64,000 nt of DNA from Pedobacter sp. (GCA_050253415.1 JBFWJC010000007.1:1-64000); one strand, 5' to 3'. Positions 20,487 through 31,616 are shown, counted from the stretch's first letter. Notes: a model not told the origin generated them from the letters alone. A program made the numbers and translations.

Positions 20487-21554
20487 TCAGTCCTTATAAT
20501 GCTTGCAGATCTGTGCAAAAATTTCTTCGGGATCAGGCAATGAACCGGTACCGCCAGGACGGCCGTAAAACCTTACGTCCGCCATAGGATCCACGGAAAG
20601 ACGAACATCTTCAACCATCTGGCCGTTATTCAACTCAACACAAAGCACCTTTGGTGTTTTTGCCGTTGCCGTGCGATAAATCTCTGCCGGAAAAGGGAAA
20701 ACGGTAATTGGCCGGATCAAACCGACTTTAAGCCCTTCCTTACGCGCCATGGCAATAGCTGTCTTAACGATACGCGCCGCACCGCCGAAGGCTGTCAGGA
20801 TCAGCTCGGCATCGTCGAGTCCAACTGCTTCAAAACGGGTTTCGTTTTCTTTGAGTTGCGCGTATTTGGCATGCAGATGCCAGTTATGCGCTTCCAGTTC
20901 CCCATCGGCAAGGTACAAAGACTTAACGGCGTTACCTTTGGCGCGTCCCTGTTTGCCGGTTATGGCCCAATCTTTGGGGGGCAGATCTTCTGAAAGCTGG
21001 TGCGCATGGGGAATGAGTGCTTCTTTCATCTGTCCCAGCATGGCGTCCCCTAACACCATTGCAGGAATACGATAACGATCGGCCAGATCGAAGGCCAGCA
21101 TAGTTAGATCGTATAACTCCTGAACCGAATGAGGGGCAAGAACGATAAGGTGATATCCTCCGTGGCCCGCTCCTTTAACCGCCTGGAAGTAATCGGCCTG
21201 GGACACATCGATTCCTCCAAGACCAGGCCCGGGGCGCTGAATATTAACAATGACGGCCGGCACTTCAGAGCCTGCCATAAAAGACATACCCTCGGCTTTA
21301 AGAGAGATTCCCGGCCCTGACGAAGAGGTCATGACACGCCCGCCTGCAGCTGCTGCCCCTAGCACCATATTGATGGCAGCTACTTCGCTCTCGGCCTGAA
21401 CAAATGTGCCCCCAACCCTGGGCATTTCCCGGGACATAAATTCAGGGATATCATTTTGGGGAGTAATGGGATAGCCAAAATAATAGCGGCATCCAGCCTC
21501 GATGGCTCCCATGGCAACGGCTTCGTTGCCTTTGACAAATAAACGTTTTTTCAA
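20487..21554 (-). CDS. 2-oxoacid:ferredoxin oxidoreductase alpha subunit (Vor-like)
   Basis: GYPITPQ, QAESE, TSSSGPG. Confidence 0.92.
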   Translation of the reverse strand: MKKRLFVKGNEAVAMGAIEAGCRYYFGYPITPQNDIPEFMSREMPRVGGTFVQAESEVAAINMVLGAAAAGGRVMTSSSGPGISLKAEGMSFMAGSEVPAVIVNIQRPGPGLGGIDVSQADYFQAVKGAGHGGYHLIVLAPHSVQELYDLTMLAFDLADRYRIPAMVLGDAMLGQMKEALIPHAHQLSEDLPPKDWAITGKQGRAKGNAVKSLYLADGELEAHNWHLHAKYAQLKENETRFEAVGLDDAELILTAFGGAARIVKTAIAMARKEGLKVGLIRPITVFPFPAEIYRTATAKTPKVLCVELNNGQMVEDVRLSVDPMADVRFYGRPGGTGSLPDPEEIFAQICKHYKD

Positions 21555-21635
21555 AACAACCTCCTGGCTGCGTTGAAACAGGTATAAGAAAATTCGGAAT
21601 TGCGAATGATAATCTGGGGATTTATCAAGACCTGA

Positions 21636-21872
21636 TTAATCGTCAGCCTTGGTAATTTTAAGTGCGACATCCGGGCAAACCCGAGCGCACAAGGCACAGG
21701 AAATGCACTTTTCCTGGTCGGACGCACCTATTTCCACCAGCGGATACCCCTGTTTATTGAGCTTGTTGCCAATCTTCAATAATCGTTTGGGGCAGGCTTC
21801 AGCGCAAAGTCCACAACCCTTGCAGAACTCTTCATCGATAATAATTTTTTTCACTGACAACACCTTCTTCAA
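21636..21872 (-). CDS. 2[4Fe-4S] ferredoxin, delta subunit
   Basis: Two CxxCxxCxxxCP motifs. Confidence 0.92.
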   Translation of the reverse strand: MKKVLSVKKIIIDEEFCKGCGLCAEACPKRLLKIGNKLNKQGYPLVEIGASDQEKCISCALCARVCPDVALKITKADD

Positions 21873-21918
21873 AACGTCCGACAGTTCAATGCGCCTCTAT
21901 TTACATCGCAGTTGGCGA

Positions 21919-21947
21919 AACATATCAAATTGCCCGAATTTTGGCAA
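21919..21947 (-). promoter_or_regulatory. Candidate sigma70 promoter of the oxidoreductase operon
   Basis: TTGCCA-N17-TATGTT with extended TG. Confidence 0.45.
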
Positions 21948-22177
21948 CACTGAATGAAAGTTCCTGCTTTCTTAACAAATCTGTTTCGCAATCCGCATCG
22001 AATATATGTAAAACACGCGCACCTTCAGCGCGTACGCCTCAAATAAACGGGAAACAAATCCATCGAGTAAAACCATTACCATCAGACCATTTCTGTTTAT
22101 TTTTACAAAATATGCAAAGCGGGTAAACCTTCCACAACAAAGTGCGTCTATAAAGCCAAACGAAAGGAGAAATAACC

Positions 22178-22645
22178 ATGAAAAAAAATACGTTCGTCCT
22201 TGCTTTATCCGCCGCGACCATAGGTATCGCCTGCCTGGTTGCATCACCAGCCTGGTCCGCCAGTCGCTACGACCAGTCCCAAATCAAGCAGCAAAAAAGA
22301 ATCGAACAGGGTGTCCGATCCGGGGAACTTACACGTCACGAATTGGCACGTCTGCAAAATGAGCAGCGTCAAATCAAACATTTTGCTCACCGAGCCAAAG
22401 CTGATGGCCATGTCAATAAGTGGGAACGCAGGCAGCTAGCAAACATGAAGAAACAAGCAAGCAGACATATCTACACGGCTAAACATAACCGCATGAACTC
22501 CAATTCATGCCGCCACGAATGGAACCAGCACTACGAGGGATATGACAACCGGCCACGCAGAACATCGTCGAGGCATAACGGATCATTCAGCGGCGCAGTT
22601 GTTCAACCCGGCTTATCCGTAGCGTGGAATGTTGGCCTTCACTAA
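22178..22645 (+). CDS. Exported hypothetical protein
   Basis: AAGGAG RBS; signal peptide; RIEQGVRSGELT..E..RL motif. Confidence 0.8.
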   Translation: MKKNTFVLALSAATIGIACLVASPAWSASRYDQSQIKQQKRIEQGVRSGELTRHELARLQNEQRQIKHFAHRAKADGHVNKWERRQLANMKKQASRHIYTAKHNRMNSNSCRHEWNQHYEGYDNRPRRTSSRHNGSFSGAVVQPGLSVAWNVGLH

Positions 22646-22659
22646 AACCTGCCAGAAAC

Positions 22660-22699
22660 AAAAAATGGCCCGTAGTTAATAGCTGCGGGCCATTTTTTT
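22660..22699. terminator. Bidirectional intrinsic terminator
   Basis: AAAAAATGGCCCGTAG-loop-CTGCGGGCCATTTTTTT. Confidence 0.85.
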
Positions 22700-22785
22700 G
22701 CCTCCTGCCCGCCTTCCGCTATAATCTACAAACATATGCCTTACAGGACACTTTCCCAGATCATTACCAAAAAAAGGGGCTAATT

Positions 22786-23982
22786 ATGAGCTATCGTGGA
22801 ACCATCGGAATCCTTACCGGAGGAGGCGATGTCCCAGGTTTGAATCCAGCGATCAGAGCTGTCACATTCCGCGCCTTGCGTGAAGGCTACAGGGTCATCG
22901 GCATTCGCCGGGGATGGGGAGGCCTGGTAGATTATGAAGCCGATAGTCATACGGATAACAGCGCCCATGTACAAATCCTCACCGAGGATATTGTCAATCG
23001 GGCGGGCCGTACGGGGGGCACCTTTTTGCATACCTCACGCACCCTGCCCGCGCGTCTTCCGCGCACCGCCTTGCCAGAACATCTGCGAACGCAATACAAC
23101 AACGACATTAACGACGTTACCCCTCATATATTACGCGCTATCGAAACGATCGGTATCGATTATCTCATCCCTATAGGCGGAGATGATACCTTGAGTTATG
23201 CGGAACGATTAAGCCGGGAGGGAGTGCCCGTCGTGGCCATTCCAAAAACCATGGACAACGACGTTACCGGCACAGATTACTGTATCGGCTTCAGCACCTG
23301 CGTCACCCGCACCATCGAGTTGACCCACACCTTGCGCACGACCGCAGGTTCGCATGAACGGTTGCTGGTCATTGAAGTATTCGGACGCTATGCAGGATTT
23401 ACAGCGATGCTGCCGACCGTGGCCGGCGCAGCAGACCGCTGCGTTATCCCTGAACAGCCTTTTGACATGGAACATTTGACCAGACTGCTGGTTGAGGATC
23501 GCAACCGCCACCCCAGCGCCTATGCGGTAGTTCTGGTGTCCGAAGGTGCGACGATGATTGATGAGGAAAGCATGTCCTTTGAAAGTCTGGAAAGCGATCA
23601 ATACGGTCACAGGAAATTAGGAGGCATCGGGGATAAAGTCGCCGCAAGACTTAAGGAATTATCACCTAAGTTCAATAATGGTAAGCGCATCAACATCGTT
23701 AATCAACGACTAGGATATCTTGTACGTTGCGGCAATCCTGATGCCATCGACTCTATCGTGCCTATGGCTTATGGCAATCTGGCTCTGGATCTAATCCTTG
23801 AAAAACGTACGGGGCAGTTGGTTGCACTGCGTAACGGTTGTTATGCGAGCGTACCGATTGACATGGTGACCAGCCGCAAGAAGATTGTCGCCGTCGACAG
23901 GCATTACAACAAAGAACGTCTCAGGCCAAAATACGAAACATTTCGGGATCAGCCCATGTTTATTATGACCAGCGAAATTTAA
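22786..23982 (+). CDS. Phosphofructokinase, probably PPi-dependent
   Basis: TGGGDVPGLN, GGDDT, PKTMDND; start placed at 22786. Confidence 0.9.
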   Translation: MSYRGTIGILTGGGDVPGLNPAIRAVTFRALREGYRVIGIRRGWGGLVDYEADSHTDNSAHVQILTEDIVNRAGRTGGTFLHTSRTLPARLPRTALPEHLRTQYNNDINDVTPHILRAIETIGIDYLIPIGGDDTLSYAERLSREGVPVVAIPKTMDNDVTGTDYCIGFSTCVTRTIELTHTLRTTAGSHERLLVIEVFGRYAGFTAMLPTVAGAADRCVIPEQPFDMEHLTRLLVEDRNRHPSAYAVVLVSEGATMIDEESMSFESLESDQYGHRKLGGIGDKVAARLKELSPKFNNGKRINIVNQRLGYLVRCGNPDAIDSIVPMAYGNLALDLILEKRTGQLVALRNGCYASVPIDMVTSRKKIVAVDRHYNKERLRPKYETFRDQPMFIMTSEI

Positions 23983-24088
23983 AAACTCCGATATCCATCT
24001 ACAGGATTGTAAATAGTCGATTAAGAAATAGCCGATAGTTTTTCAGCTTACAACCATACTTTCGGAGTCATATTTTGCCGTTAGTACA

Positions 24089-25345
24089 CCGAGTTGCCCA
24101 CGAAAAGTGGACACCCTCATCAATGAGGTTACTCTAGATTAAGAGTGTCAACATGGCCAAGAAGAGAACGAAGTCGTATCCAGAATCCTTCCGCCGCGAG
24201 GCCATCAGATTGGCCAATCAGTCGTATAAAACCGCAGCCGATGTGGCCTGGGAGCTGGGAATTCATGTCGGACAAATTTACAACTGGCGGACTCAGTTCA
24301 ACAAGTTGTCCAAAAACCAGTTCATCGTGGTGGATGGCACGAATTACTCCAGGGAAGAAATTGCTGAAATCCGCCGCCTGAAGAAGGAGATCGCCGAGCT
24401 CAAAGAGGAGCGCGACTTCTAAAAAAAAAAAGCAACGGCATACTTCGCGAAGGTCGACAAGTAAAGTATGCCCTGATAGCATCCTGTCGGCTTGAGTTCA
24501 GGGTGACGATGATGTCCGGGTTCGTGCGGTATCACGCTCTGGATTTTATGCCTGGTTGAAAAGATCGGTCAGCCAACGTGCTCAGCACAAAGCTACCGTC
24601 GCTGAGGCGGTTGAACAGACTTATCGTCAGTTCAAAAAACGCTACGGAGCGCCGCACTTGGCGGTTGAGTTGTCGAAACAGGGGATCGCCTGTAGCCGTA
24701 ATCATGTAGCAAGGCTGTTGAAGGAACGCGGATTGCGGGCGCGAAACGGCAGAGGGTTTCGCCATTACCCCCGCGCCGAGGCCATGACCAACGTCAACGC
24801 CAATGTGCTGAACCGGGATTTTACGGAGTCGGCACCCAATGTGAAGTGGGTGTCAGATATTACCTACATCAAAGTCAGCCCGTAAGCTTCCCTGGCAGCA
24901 ATCCAGGATTTGTATTCACGGCGGGTTGTTGGCTGGGCGTTCGACACGCACATTCGTGAAAGCCTGATTCTGGAAGCTCGTGATATGGCGGTATCAGGTC
25001 GGGATATTCAGGAAGGGGCCCTGCTGCATACGTATCGAGTTGTTCATTTTCGCGGGCACGAATACGAGGAAACCTTGAAGATGCGCGGTATTCGCAGCAG
25101 CATGAGCCGAAAGGGAACTGCTGGGACAATGCTGTGATGGAGTCGTTCTTCAGTCGCCTGAAGGTGGAACTCATCTATGCCGAGAACTACAGAACCATCG
25201 ACGAGACGCGTGCCGGCATCTTTGAATACATCGAGATTTTCTACAACCGAAAACGCCGACATTCGGCCCTCGGCTATATCATCCCGCAAGCGCATGAGCG
25301 GGCATTTGAGCAGTTAACCGTGTCCACGATTCGTGGGTAGGACCA
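24089..25345 (+). mobile_element. Degenerate IS3-family insertion sequence
   Basis: Inverted ends CCGAGTTGCCCACGAAAAGTGGACAC / GTGTCCACGATTCGTGGGTAGGACCA, flanked by TACA on both sides. orfA is at 24153-24422. orfB is broken into pieces (WVSDITY, ESFF, YN.KR.HS). Confidence 0.93.
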
Positions 25346-25380
25346 TACAAACTACACAGGTTTCCTCTATATCCGGAACT

Positions 25381-27690
25381 TCACAATACCCCCTCGAGCA
25401 GATTCAACCGTTGTCGGGCTTCCTGGTTAGCCGGATTAAGAATAAGCACATCCTGATACACTTTTTTGGCCTTGAAGGTAATCCCCATTTCCTGATAAAT
25501 TCGCCCTTTGGCCAGCAAAAAATCAAGGTCCTGAGGATACTTGGAACTAGCCACCATCAAAGTGTCCAGGGCATCATCGTATTCCTGATATTTTTCAAAA
25601 AAACGAGCCAAAGGCAGAAAAATCGACTTGTCGGGATACTCCTCCTGTCTGGCCAGTGCGAGTGATTTGCGAAAAACGACATTCGCTTTGGTGTTTTCGC
25701 CATGTTGTATAAGATATAAACCATAGTCGTGATAACTTCTGGAGAGATCCGGAAGAATTTCCATTCTATGCGAATCATCAATACCATGGTTGGCTACTTG
25801 TTGAATCCAGAACAGGGTGTCGTCAGGCGAGGACTTTATAAAACTACGGATCAACGCCAGAGCCTTTGTGAGCTTTTGAGTGTTCACTAACTGCTCAATA
25901 TAGGCAAGTTGAAATTCACGAGATGACGGATCGCTGTCCAGAGCAGCAAGAATTAGTTTTTCTGCTGTAACGTAATTTCCGACGCTGAAAAAGTACTGCC
26001 CTAGTCCATAAAAGGATCGACCGTCTAGAGGATCCAGACGCATCCCAGCGACAAAATATTTCAAAGCGCCATACTCATCATTCAAATCCACGGCCTGATA
26101 TCCTCTAATATATCGATAACGAGGATTCAAAGGATCGAAAAAAGAAGCCAGCGCTATCAGGTCTCGAGAAGCTTCGCGCGCTTCGGTAGTCTCCGAGACC
26201 GAATTCCGCGCTACAGAATATAACTTTCGTCCAACCAAGTCCCCGATGTAAAAATAGCTGAAAAATATGACCACAAGGATCGTCAGAATGCTCGTCAGTA
26301 CCCACCTCAGACGATGAGGCTTGTTTTGAAGAGTTGATTGCACCGAAGATTCCGTAGCTGTCGCAAGTAGACCGAGTAACATAAAAAGCAGCAAGAAAAA
26401 ACCACTAAAACCCTGCCCCCCCGTTGAAAAGTAACTGAGGATAAAAGCAAAAAAGCTCCCCATGCCTGCTGCATATAGATAAACAGAGAGTTTTTGTCGT
26501 CGATGCAACCAACGCCGAAAGGTCCAATTAATAAAAGAGAACAGAAACCATCCCGCCAATCCAAATCCAATCAGCCCCGCTTGACTTGCCAAACGAAAAA
26601 TGCGCTGAACCGGCGCACCAAGAGCAATATTGTTTTCCTGTGATCGTCGGTAACGTTTGCCGATGGAGGAAAAAGAACCGTACCCGGCACCAGTTAGAGC
26701 AAAATCAGAAACAACCTGCCTTGAAACAAGAATTTCTGAGAATGGTTTCTCTTCCACAGCAGAGGTTTGTGCCGAGCCAGGTTGATCCGAACCAGCTAAA
26801 GGCAAAGAAATGGCCAGAATCAATATCATAAATAGATAGATAAACAAATATGGACTTTCCCGACGGCCACGACTTCGCAACCCTAAGAATATCAACATCA
26901 GGAAAATGGCAATAAAAAGTATTATCAACCCTTCCCACCAGTAGGTTGCCAAGGCCAAAGGAATTGCAACAGCCGGCAATCCGTAAATGAAATACCTGTG
27001 CTGCCCGAATGTAACGAAAAAATCACTTAGACGCTCTTTTAATGTTCCGTATCGAACCGAAGGCCTGTCTGTCAGAAAAAGAGCCAGCGACAATGGGCAA
27101 ACCATCACCATGAAGGTTGTTACTATGGCCGTATGCTGCAATGAAAAGGCTAACTGGGTTCCATTAGGACTCGGGAAAACCAAAAAAACGATATTTATAA
27201 CCCACAACGCAAGGATACCACCAGCAAGCCCTCCGGCTAGGCCGGCAAGGAAACCAACTGCTACTTTCAATTGTTTGCGCTGTGCCAATAGATTGGCAGT
27301 AACGATATAGGCAGCCCAGTAACTAATCAAATGGAAGAGGCTTTCCAGCGAAGCCTTGGTAGCCAAGGTTAACGGCAACCAGACTCCCCCCTGGAAAATA
27401 CCAACGGTCTTCTGATGGATTGTCCACGCATTTGGAGATAAAAGACGCATTAATTGAGGTGGGATGGGTACAAGTTGTATCAGACCGAAAACGATAAGTG
27501 CCAAAAGAGCGTTAGAACCCGCAGGAATATGAATATTCGAGGGATCATGCCGGTGCTCATAATGCAGAATTAACAACGCAAGAAGTGGAAGCAGGCAAAC
27601 CAAAAAATCGGACCACCATACATGGAAAAACTCGGAACACGGTGCCCAGAAAAACATCAAAAGAAGAAGAGAGAAACCGACCCTATTCAT
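25381..27690 (-). CDS. O-antigen ligase-like polytopic membrane protein with C-terminal TPRs
   Basis: Many TM segments, TGAGYGSF loop motif, TPR-like helices; start placed at 27690. Confidence 0.7.
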   Translation of the reverse strand: MNRVGFSLLLLMFFWAPCSEFFHVWWSDFLVCLLPLLALLILHYEHRHDPSNIHIPAGSNALLALIVFGLIQLVPIPPQLMRLLSPNAWTIHQKTVGIFQGGVWLPLTLATKASLESLFHLISYWAAYIVTANLLAQRKQLKVAVGFLAGLAGGLAGGILALWVINIVFLVFPSPNGTQLAFSLQHTAIVTTFMVMVCPLSLALFLTDRPSVRYGTLKERLSDFFVTFGQHRYFIYGLPAVAIPLALATYWWEGLIILFIAIFLMLIFLGLRSRGRRESPYLFIYLFMILILAISLPLAGSDQPGSAQTSAVEEKPFSEILVSRQVVSDFALTGAGYGSFSSIGKRYRRSQENNIALGAPVQRIFRLASQAGLIGFGLAGWFLFSFINWTFRRWLHRRQKLSVYLYAAGMGSFFAFILSYFSTGGQGFSGFFLLLFMLLGLLATATESSVQSTLQNKPHRLRWVLTSILTILVVIFFSYFYIGDLVGRKLYSVARNSVSETTEAREASRDLIALASFFDPLNPRYRYIRGYQAVDLNDEYGALKYFVAGMRLDPLDGRSFYGLGQYFFSVGNYVTAEKLILAALDSDPSSREFQLAYIEQLVNTQKLTKALALIRSFIKSSPDDTLFWIQQVANHGIDDSHRMEILPDLSRSYHDYGLYLIQHGENTKANVVFRKSLALARQEEYPDKSIFLPLARFFEKYQEYDDALDTLMVASSKYPQDLDFLLAKGRIYQEMGITFKAKKVYQDVLILNPANQEARQRLNLLEGVL

Positions 27691-28387
27691 CAATAGGCCT
27701 CCCGGCAATGACAGCAAAAGGATTGGTAGTAACCAGATCAAGCGCAGCCGATGTCCCGATAATAGCTGCGGCTTCTTCAACCGCAGGAGAAAGAACGGGG
27801 AGCCGGTAGGTTGGAGAGTGTGCATCTGTAGCCAAAAAATGAACCCGATGTTTTTTCAGCAGGTAAATCGCACAATCCCTGGCATCAGCACCAAAGTTTC
27901 CTGTCAGACTGCCGGCCGTTACCTGCACGAGACAACCCGCATCAACCAACCGGAACAACAGTTCCGGGTCCCGAACTATCGAAGGGTTCCGTTCCGGATG
28001 GGTAATGATAGGCTGAAGACCAGCAAGCAGGATCTTAAAAACGATTTCGTTCGCATTACGTGGTAAATGACTGTGCGGAAATTCAAGCAGGAAATACGGA
28101 CCATTGTTAATAGTGTAACAAGCTATCAATTTAGGCGGCAATACGGAACTCACATCAGCTCCCCTCAAAATCTGCGGGGAAACAAATTTGCCTTGTAACT
28201 TTTCGTTGAATTGCTGAACCTGCTCATCAAGAAATGCCGGTGAATGAATATCACCTTTAATATGCGGTGTAGCCACGATATGGGATATACCATCTTCCGC
28301 AGCTATACGAGCCATCTTTAATGAATCAGATAACGTTGCGGCCCCATCATCTATTCCAGGTAAGATGTGACAGTGGATATCAACCAT
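27683..28387 (-). CDS. CpsB/CapC family tyrosine phosphatase
   Basis: DIHCHILPGIDDG, HPERN, TDAH. Confidence 0.93.
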   Translation of the reverse strand: MVDIHCHILPGIDDGAATLSDSLKMARIAAEDGISHIVATPHIKGDIHSPAFLDEQVQQFNEKLQGKFVSPQILRGADVSSVLPPKLIACYTINNGPYFLLEFPHSHLPRNANEIVFKILLAGLQPIITHPERNPSIVRDPELLFRLVDAGCLVQVTAGSLTGNFGADARDCAIYLLKKHRVHFLATDAHSPTYRLPVLSPAVEEAAAIIGTSAALDLVTTNPFAVIAGRPIDE

Positions 28388-28501
28388 AATATGGTAACAC
28401 TAAGCCTCCTATTAGCCTACAAGAGTAACCTCACTACATGATTCATCGGTCGCAGGAAATGATTGATGACGTTCCGAATAAAAACAGCGATCATCCAGAG
28501 T

Positions 28502-30721
28502 CTAATTCTTATTGTCTTGCGTCTGACATTTTGGCGATTCGTAATAATCATAGGAGCTTTGATGGTAATAGCCGCTCTTTGCTGGATCATGGCGATTGAT
28601 GACTATACCAAGTACCCTTGCACTAATATCTTGAAGCATTTTCAGGGACCGCTCCACAATATCAAAAGTGGTCTGCCCAGCATTACTCACCAAGATGACA
28701 CCATCAAATAACCGACCCAGTATACGCGTATCAGCGACAGGCAAAAGCGGTGGGGCATCACAAATAATAAAATCGAAGTCATGACTAGCCGTTTCCAACA
28801 AGGTTTGCAAACGTTTTGAAGTTAACAGCTCTGAAGGATTAGGTGGAATAGGACCAGCCGGTATAATTGCCATGTGAGGCAGCGGTCCCTTATGCATAAT
28901 CGGCGCATCCACATCCCCTGCAAGAAAATTACTGAGTCCTTTAACATTGCTGATCTTGAAAATTTTATGGAAACGAGGTCTGCGCAGGTCTCCTTCAATG
29001 AGTAGAACCCGATGATTTGACTGTGCTGTACTCAAAGCTAGATTGGCGGCGGTTGTGGTCTTCCCCTCCCCCATAACAGAACTAGTTATAAGAATCTTCT
29101 TGGGGGGATTATCCGGAAAAGATAGTTGGATGGCCGTTCGAATACTACGGAAACTTTCCGCCAAGGCAGACTGCGGTTCGGTAACGACCATATTTTCCAA
29201 ATGATCAGCATTCCTTTTGCGTTGGATCACTCCGATGACAGGCACTCCTAGCACAGCTTCTACGTCCTCAGGGTCCTTGATTGTATTGTCCAGATATTCC
29301 AGGAAGAACACCAGGGCGATACCGCCAAGCACTCCAAGTAAAATCCCGATCTGAAGATTTAAAGCAACCCATGGTTTAGAAGGTTTAAGGGGTACCGTAG
29401 CTTTTTCCACCAGCCAGAGGTTAACCGGTTGGGTTTCTTCGGTAATACTTTGTTCTCTTAGTTTTAGCAACAGGGCATCGTATAAGGTCCGATTGGTATC
29501 GATAACTCTTTTCAGTTGCCCATATTGAATAAATTTCTCATTTAGCACCAAGGCTTCCGTTTTACTGTTTTCCAGTTTTTGACGGAGACTTCTTTCATTA
29601 GAAAACGCAAGTTCGTATTCGTTTTTGATGGATTCGACAATACGCTCGATTTCTTGATTGCGCTTTCTCTGCAAAATCTGAAGATCCCCCCGGGTTTTAA
29701 CCATCAGAGGGTGTTTGGGACCGAACTTATTCCCCAACTCCATCATCGATTTTTCGGTTTCCACAATTTGGGCACGAAGGGCTTGCAATGCAGGATCTGA
29801 AGCAATCGCAGAAATAGTCTGGGCAGACTGGTAATTCCTGCCGACAGACCGAACCTTACTGTAAAGTGCCTCAAGTTCCTTGCGTCGCGATTCGGCACGC
29901 AATAACTGGATATTGATTTCCGACAACCTTTCGGGAGTGACGGTCATGCGATTCTCAATCGTCACCATATTATTGGCTTTCATATAATCTTGCAGGGCCT
30001 GCTCCGACTCTTGGAGTTTAATCGCCTCAGCCTCAGCCTTTTGCGTCATCCAATCTAGACGTCTTCGCGTAGAGTCCAGTTTCATTTCGAGGATTTCCTC
30101 GATATAAGCCTTCGCCGTCGTATTAGCGATAAGAGCTGCCAACTCCGGATTCGGAGAGAAAAAATTAATATTAATTATGCGACTTTCCAAGACAGGACGA
30201 ACCTGTATTTCTTCGCTGATCTCAATAGCAATTTTTTCGGCATCCGACAATTGTCCCCGTTCTTGTTCCTCTGGAGCCTGCCGTCTCATAAATAAGTTTC
30301 GGACGTTTATATAAAAGTTTTTTATTTTCGGCAGGATAATACCCAGAGATGAGTTACGCCCGGAATGTTTGCCATAAAAAGCTTCGGGATTCTTATCCAG
30401 ACCCAACGTTTGTACGACTCGCCGTGCTACGGCGCGACTTTTAATCAACTGAAACTGGGTTCCGTAAAACTCGGGATCTGTACTTCTACTGACGTATCTC
30501 CCGGTCAGGTTATCGCCTTCCGCTTTCTCGATCATGATTTTGGTGTTTCCCTCGTACAGGGGGGTAGAAGCAAACGTATAGAGCAACACCAGGGAGAAAA
30601 TGGTAATGAAAAATCCGACCAGGACATTCCTGCGCTTTTTTAATACCCTGAAAATGTCTCTTAAATGAAGGTATTGATGTTTGATCAGCATAGAGATATC
30701 ACCTTCCTGACTATCAATCAT
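28502..30721 (-). CDS. wzc: Polysaccharide co-polymerase / BY-kinase
   Basis: Two TM segments, coiled coil, GEGKTT, DLRRP, C-terminal Tyr cluster. Confidence 0.93.
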   Translation of the reverse strand: MIDSQEGDISMLIKHQYLHLRDIFRVLKKRRNVLVGFFITIFSLVLLYTFASTPLYEGNTKIMIEKAEGDNLTGRYVSRSTDPEFYGTQFQLIKSRAVARRVVQTLGLDKNPEAFYGKHSGRNSSLGIILPKIKNFYINVRNLFMRRQAPEEQERGQLSDAEKIAIEISEEIQVRPVLESRIININFFSPNPELAALIANTTAKAYIEEILEMKLDSTRRRLDWMTQKAEAEAIKLQESEQALQDYMKANNMVTIENRMTVTPERLSEINIQLLRAESRRKELEALYSKVRSVGRNYQSAQTISAIASDPALQALRAQIVETEKSMMELGNKFGPKHPLMVKTRGDLQILQRKRNQEIERIVESIKNEYELAFSNERSLRQKLENSKTEALVLNEKFIQYGQLKRVIDTNRTLYDALLLKLREQSITEETQPVNLWLVEKATVPLKPSKPWVALNLQIGILLGVLGGIALVFFLEYLDNTIKDPEDVEAVLGVPVIGVIQRKRNADHLENMVVTEPQSALAESFRSIRTAIQLSFPDNPPKKILITSSVMGEGKTTTAANLALSTAQSNHRVLLIEGDLRRPRFHKIFKISNVKGLSNFLAGDVDAPIMHKGPLPHMAIIPAGPIPPNPSELLTSKRLQTLLETASHDFDFIICDAPPLLPVADTRILGRLFDGVILVSNAGQTTFDIVERSLKMLQDISARVLGIVINRHDPAKSGYYHQSSYDYYESPKCQTQDNKN

Positions 30722-30752
30722 TCAGCACTAGAATTCTCACAATCATAAACGA

Positions 30753-31559
30753 TCAGAAAAAACTTTCAGGAACCAAAATAACGTCATCCGGTTTAACCGG
30801 CGTGTGAAGCGGCACCTTTTCCAGAACGCGCTCGCTGCCGTTGACCTGGCGAATGATCTGGATCCGTTTTTGGGAGGCCAGTTCGGTAAATCCACCGGCC
30901 ATGGTAACGGCTTTTATAACGGAGGTACCCGTCTCGAATTTATAGGCATCGGGCTTTTTAACCTGCCCCGTCACATAAAACACGCCGGCTTTTGAAACGA
31001 AGATACTGTCGCCACCGCGGATGGTAAGTTTTGAATTTGCCCCGGTTCTTTCCATAAGATTTTTTAAATTCACCGTAATGGTGTCGTCCTGGTCGGGGTT
31101 GGCAGGATTCTTTCGTTTGATGGTCACATCATCCCCGGCCTCATCGGTCAACCCTCCGGCTTTGGAAATCAACTCCATAAGTGTAGTGGCCCCGCTCAAT
31201 TCATAAAGACCGGGAACAACCACCTCGCCCATAATGGTGGCTTTCTGACTGCCGAATTTTTCTACAAAGACCGAAACCTGCGGATCGAGGATATAGCCCT
31301 GAGCCAGCTTGGAAGCTATTTTCTGGGCCACCTCGGATATGGACAGGCCATCGATTGCAATTTCTCCAACCAGGGGAAACAGGATAACCCCCTTGCCACT
31401 GACCCGAGTGGTTGTATTCAAATCCGGGCTGTCGTATACCATGACCTTGAGGACATCTCCTTCCCCCACCCGATAATCCAATTCTTCCGCTGTGGCAGTA
31501 TTTCCACAAAGGACTATCAGCAACAGGATTAAAACTAATCTGGAAATCTGCCTTGTCAT
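30753..31559 (-). CDS. Polysaccharide export protein (Wza/OPX-like, SLBB domains)
   Basis: YRVGEGDVLKV, PLVGEI, AGG repeats; ends VPESFF. Confidence 0.9.
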   Translation of the reverse strand: MTRQISRLVLILLLIVLCGNTATAEELDYRVGEGDVLKVMVYDSPDLNTTTRVSGKGVILFPLVGEIAIDGLSISEVAQKIASKLAQGYILDPQVSVFVEKFGSQKATIMGEVVVPGLYELSGATTLMELISKAGGLTDEAGDDVTIKRKNPANPDQDDTITVNLKNLMERTGANSKLTIRGGDSIFVSKAGVFYVTGQVKKPDAYKFETGTSVIKAVTMAGGFTELASQKRIQIIRQVNGSERVLEKVPLHTPVKPDDVILVPESFF

Positions 31560-31616
31560 GACTATCTCCTCATTGGCTATCGTGTTTTATGGAACCAGAA
31601 TCGCCAGATAGGTTTA

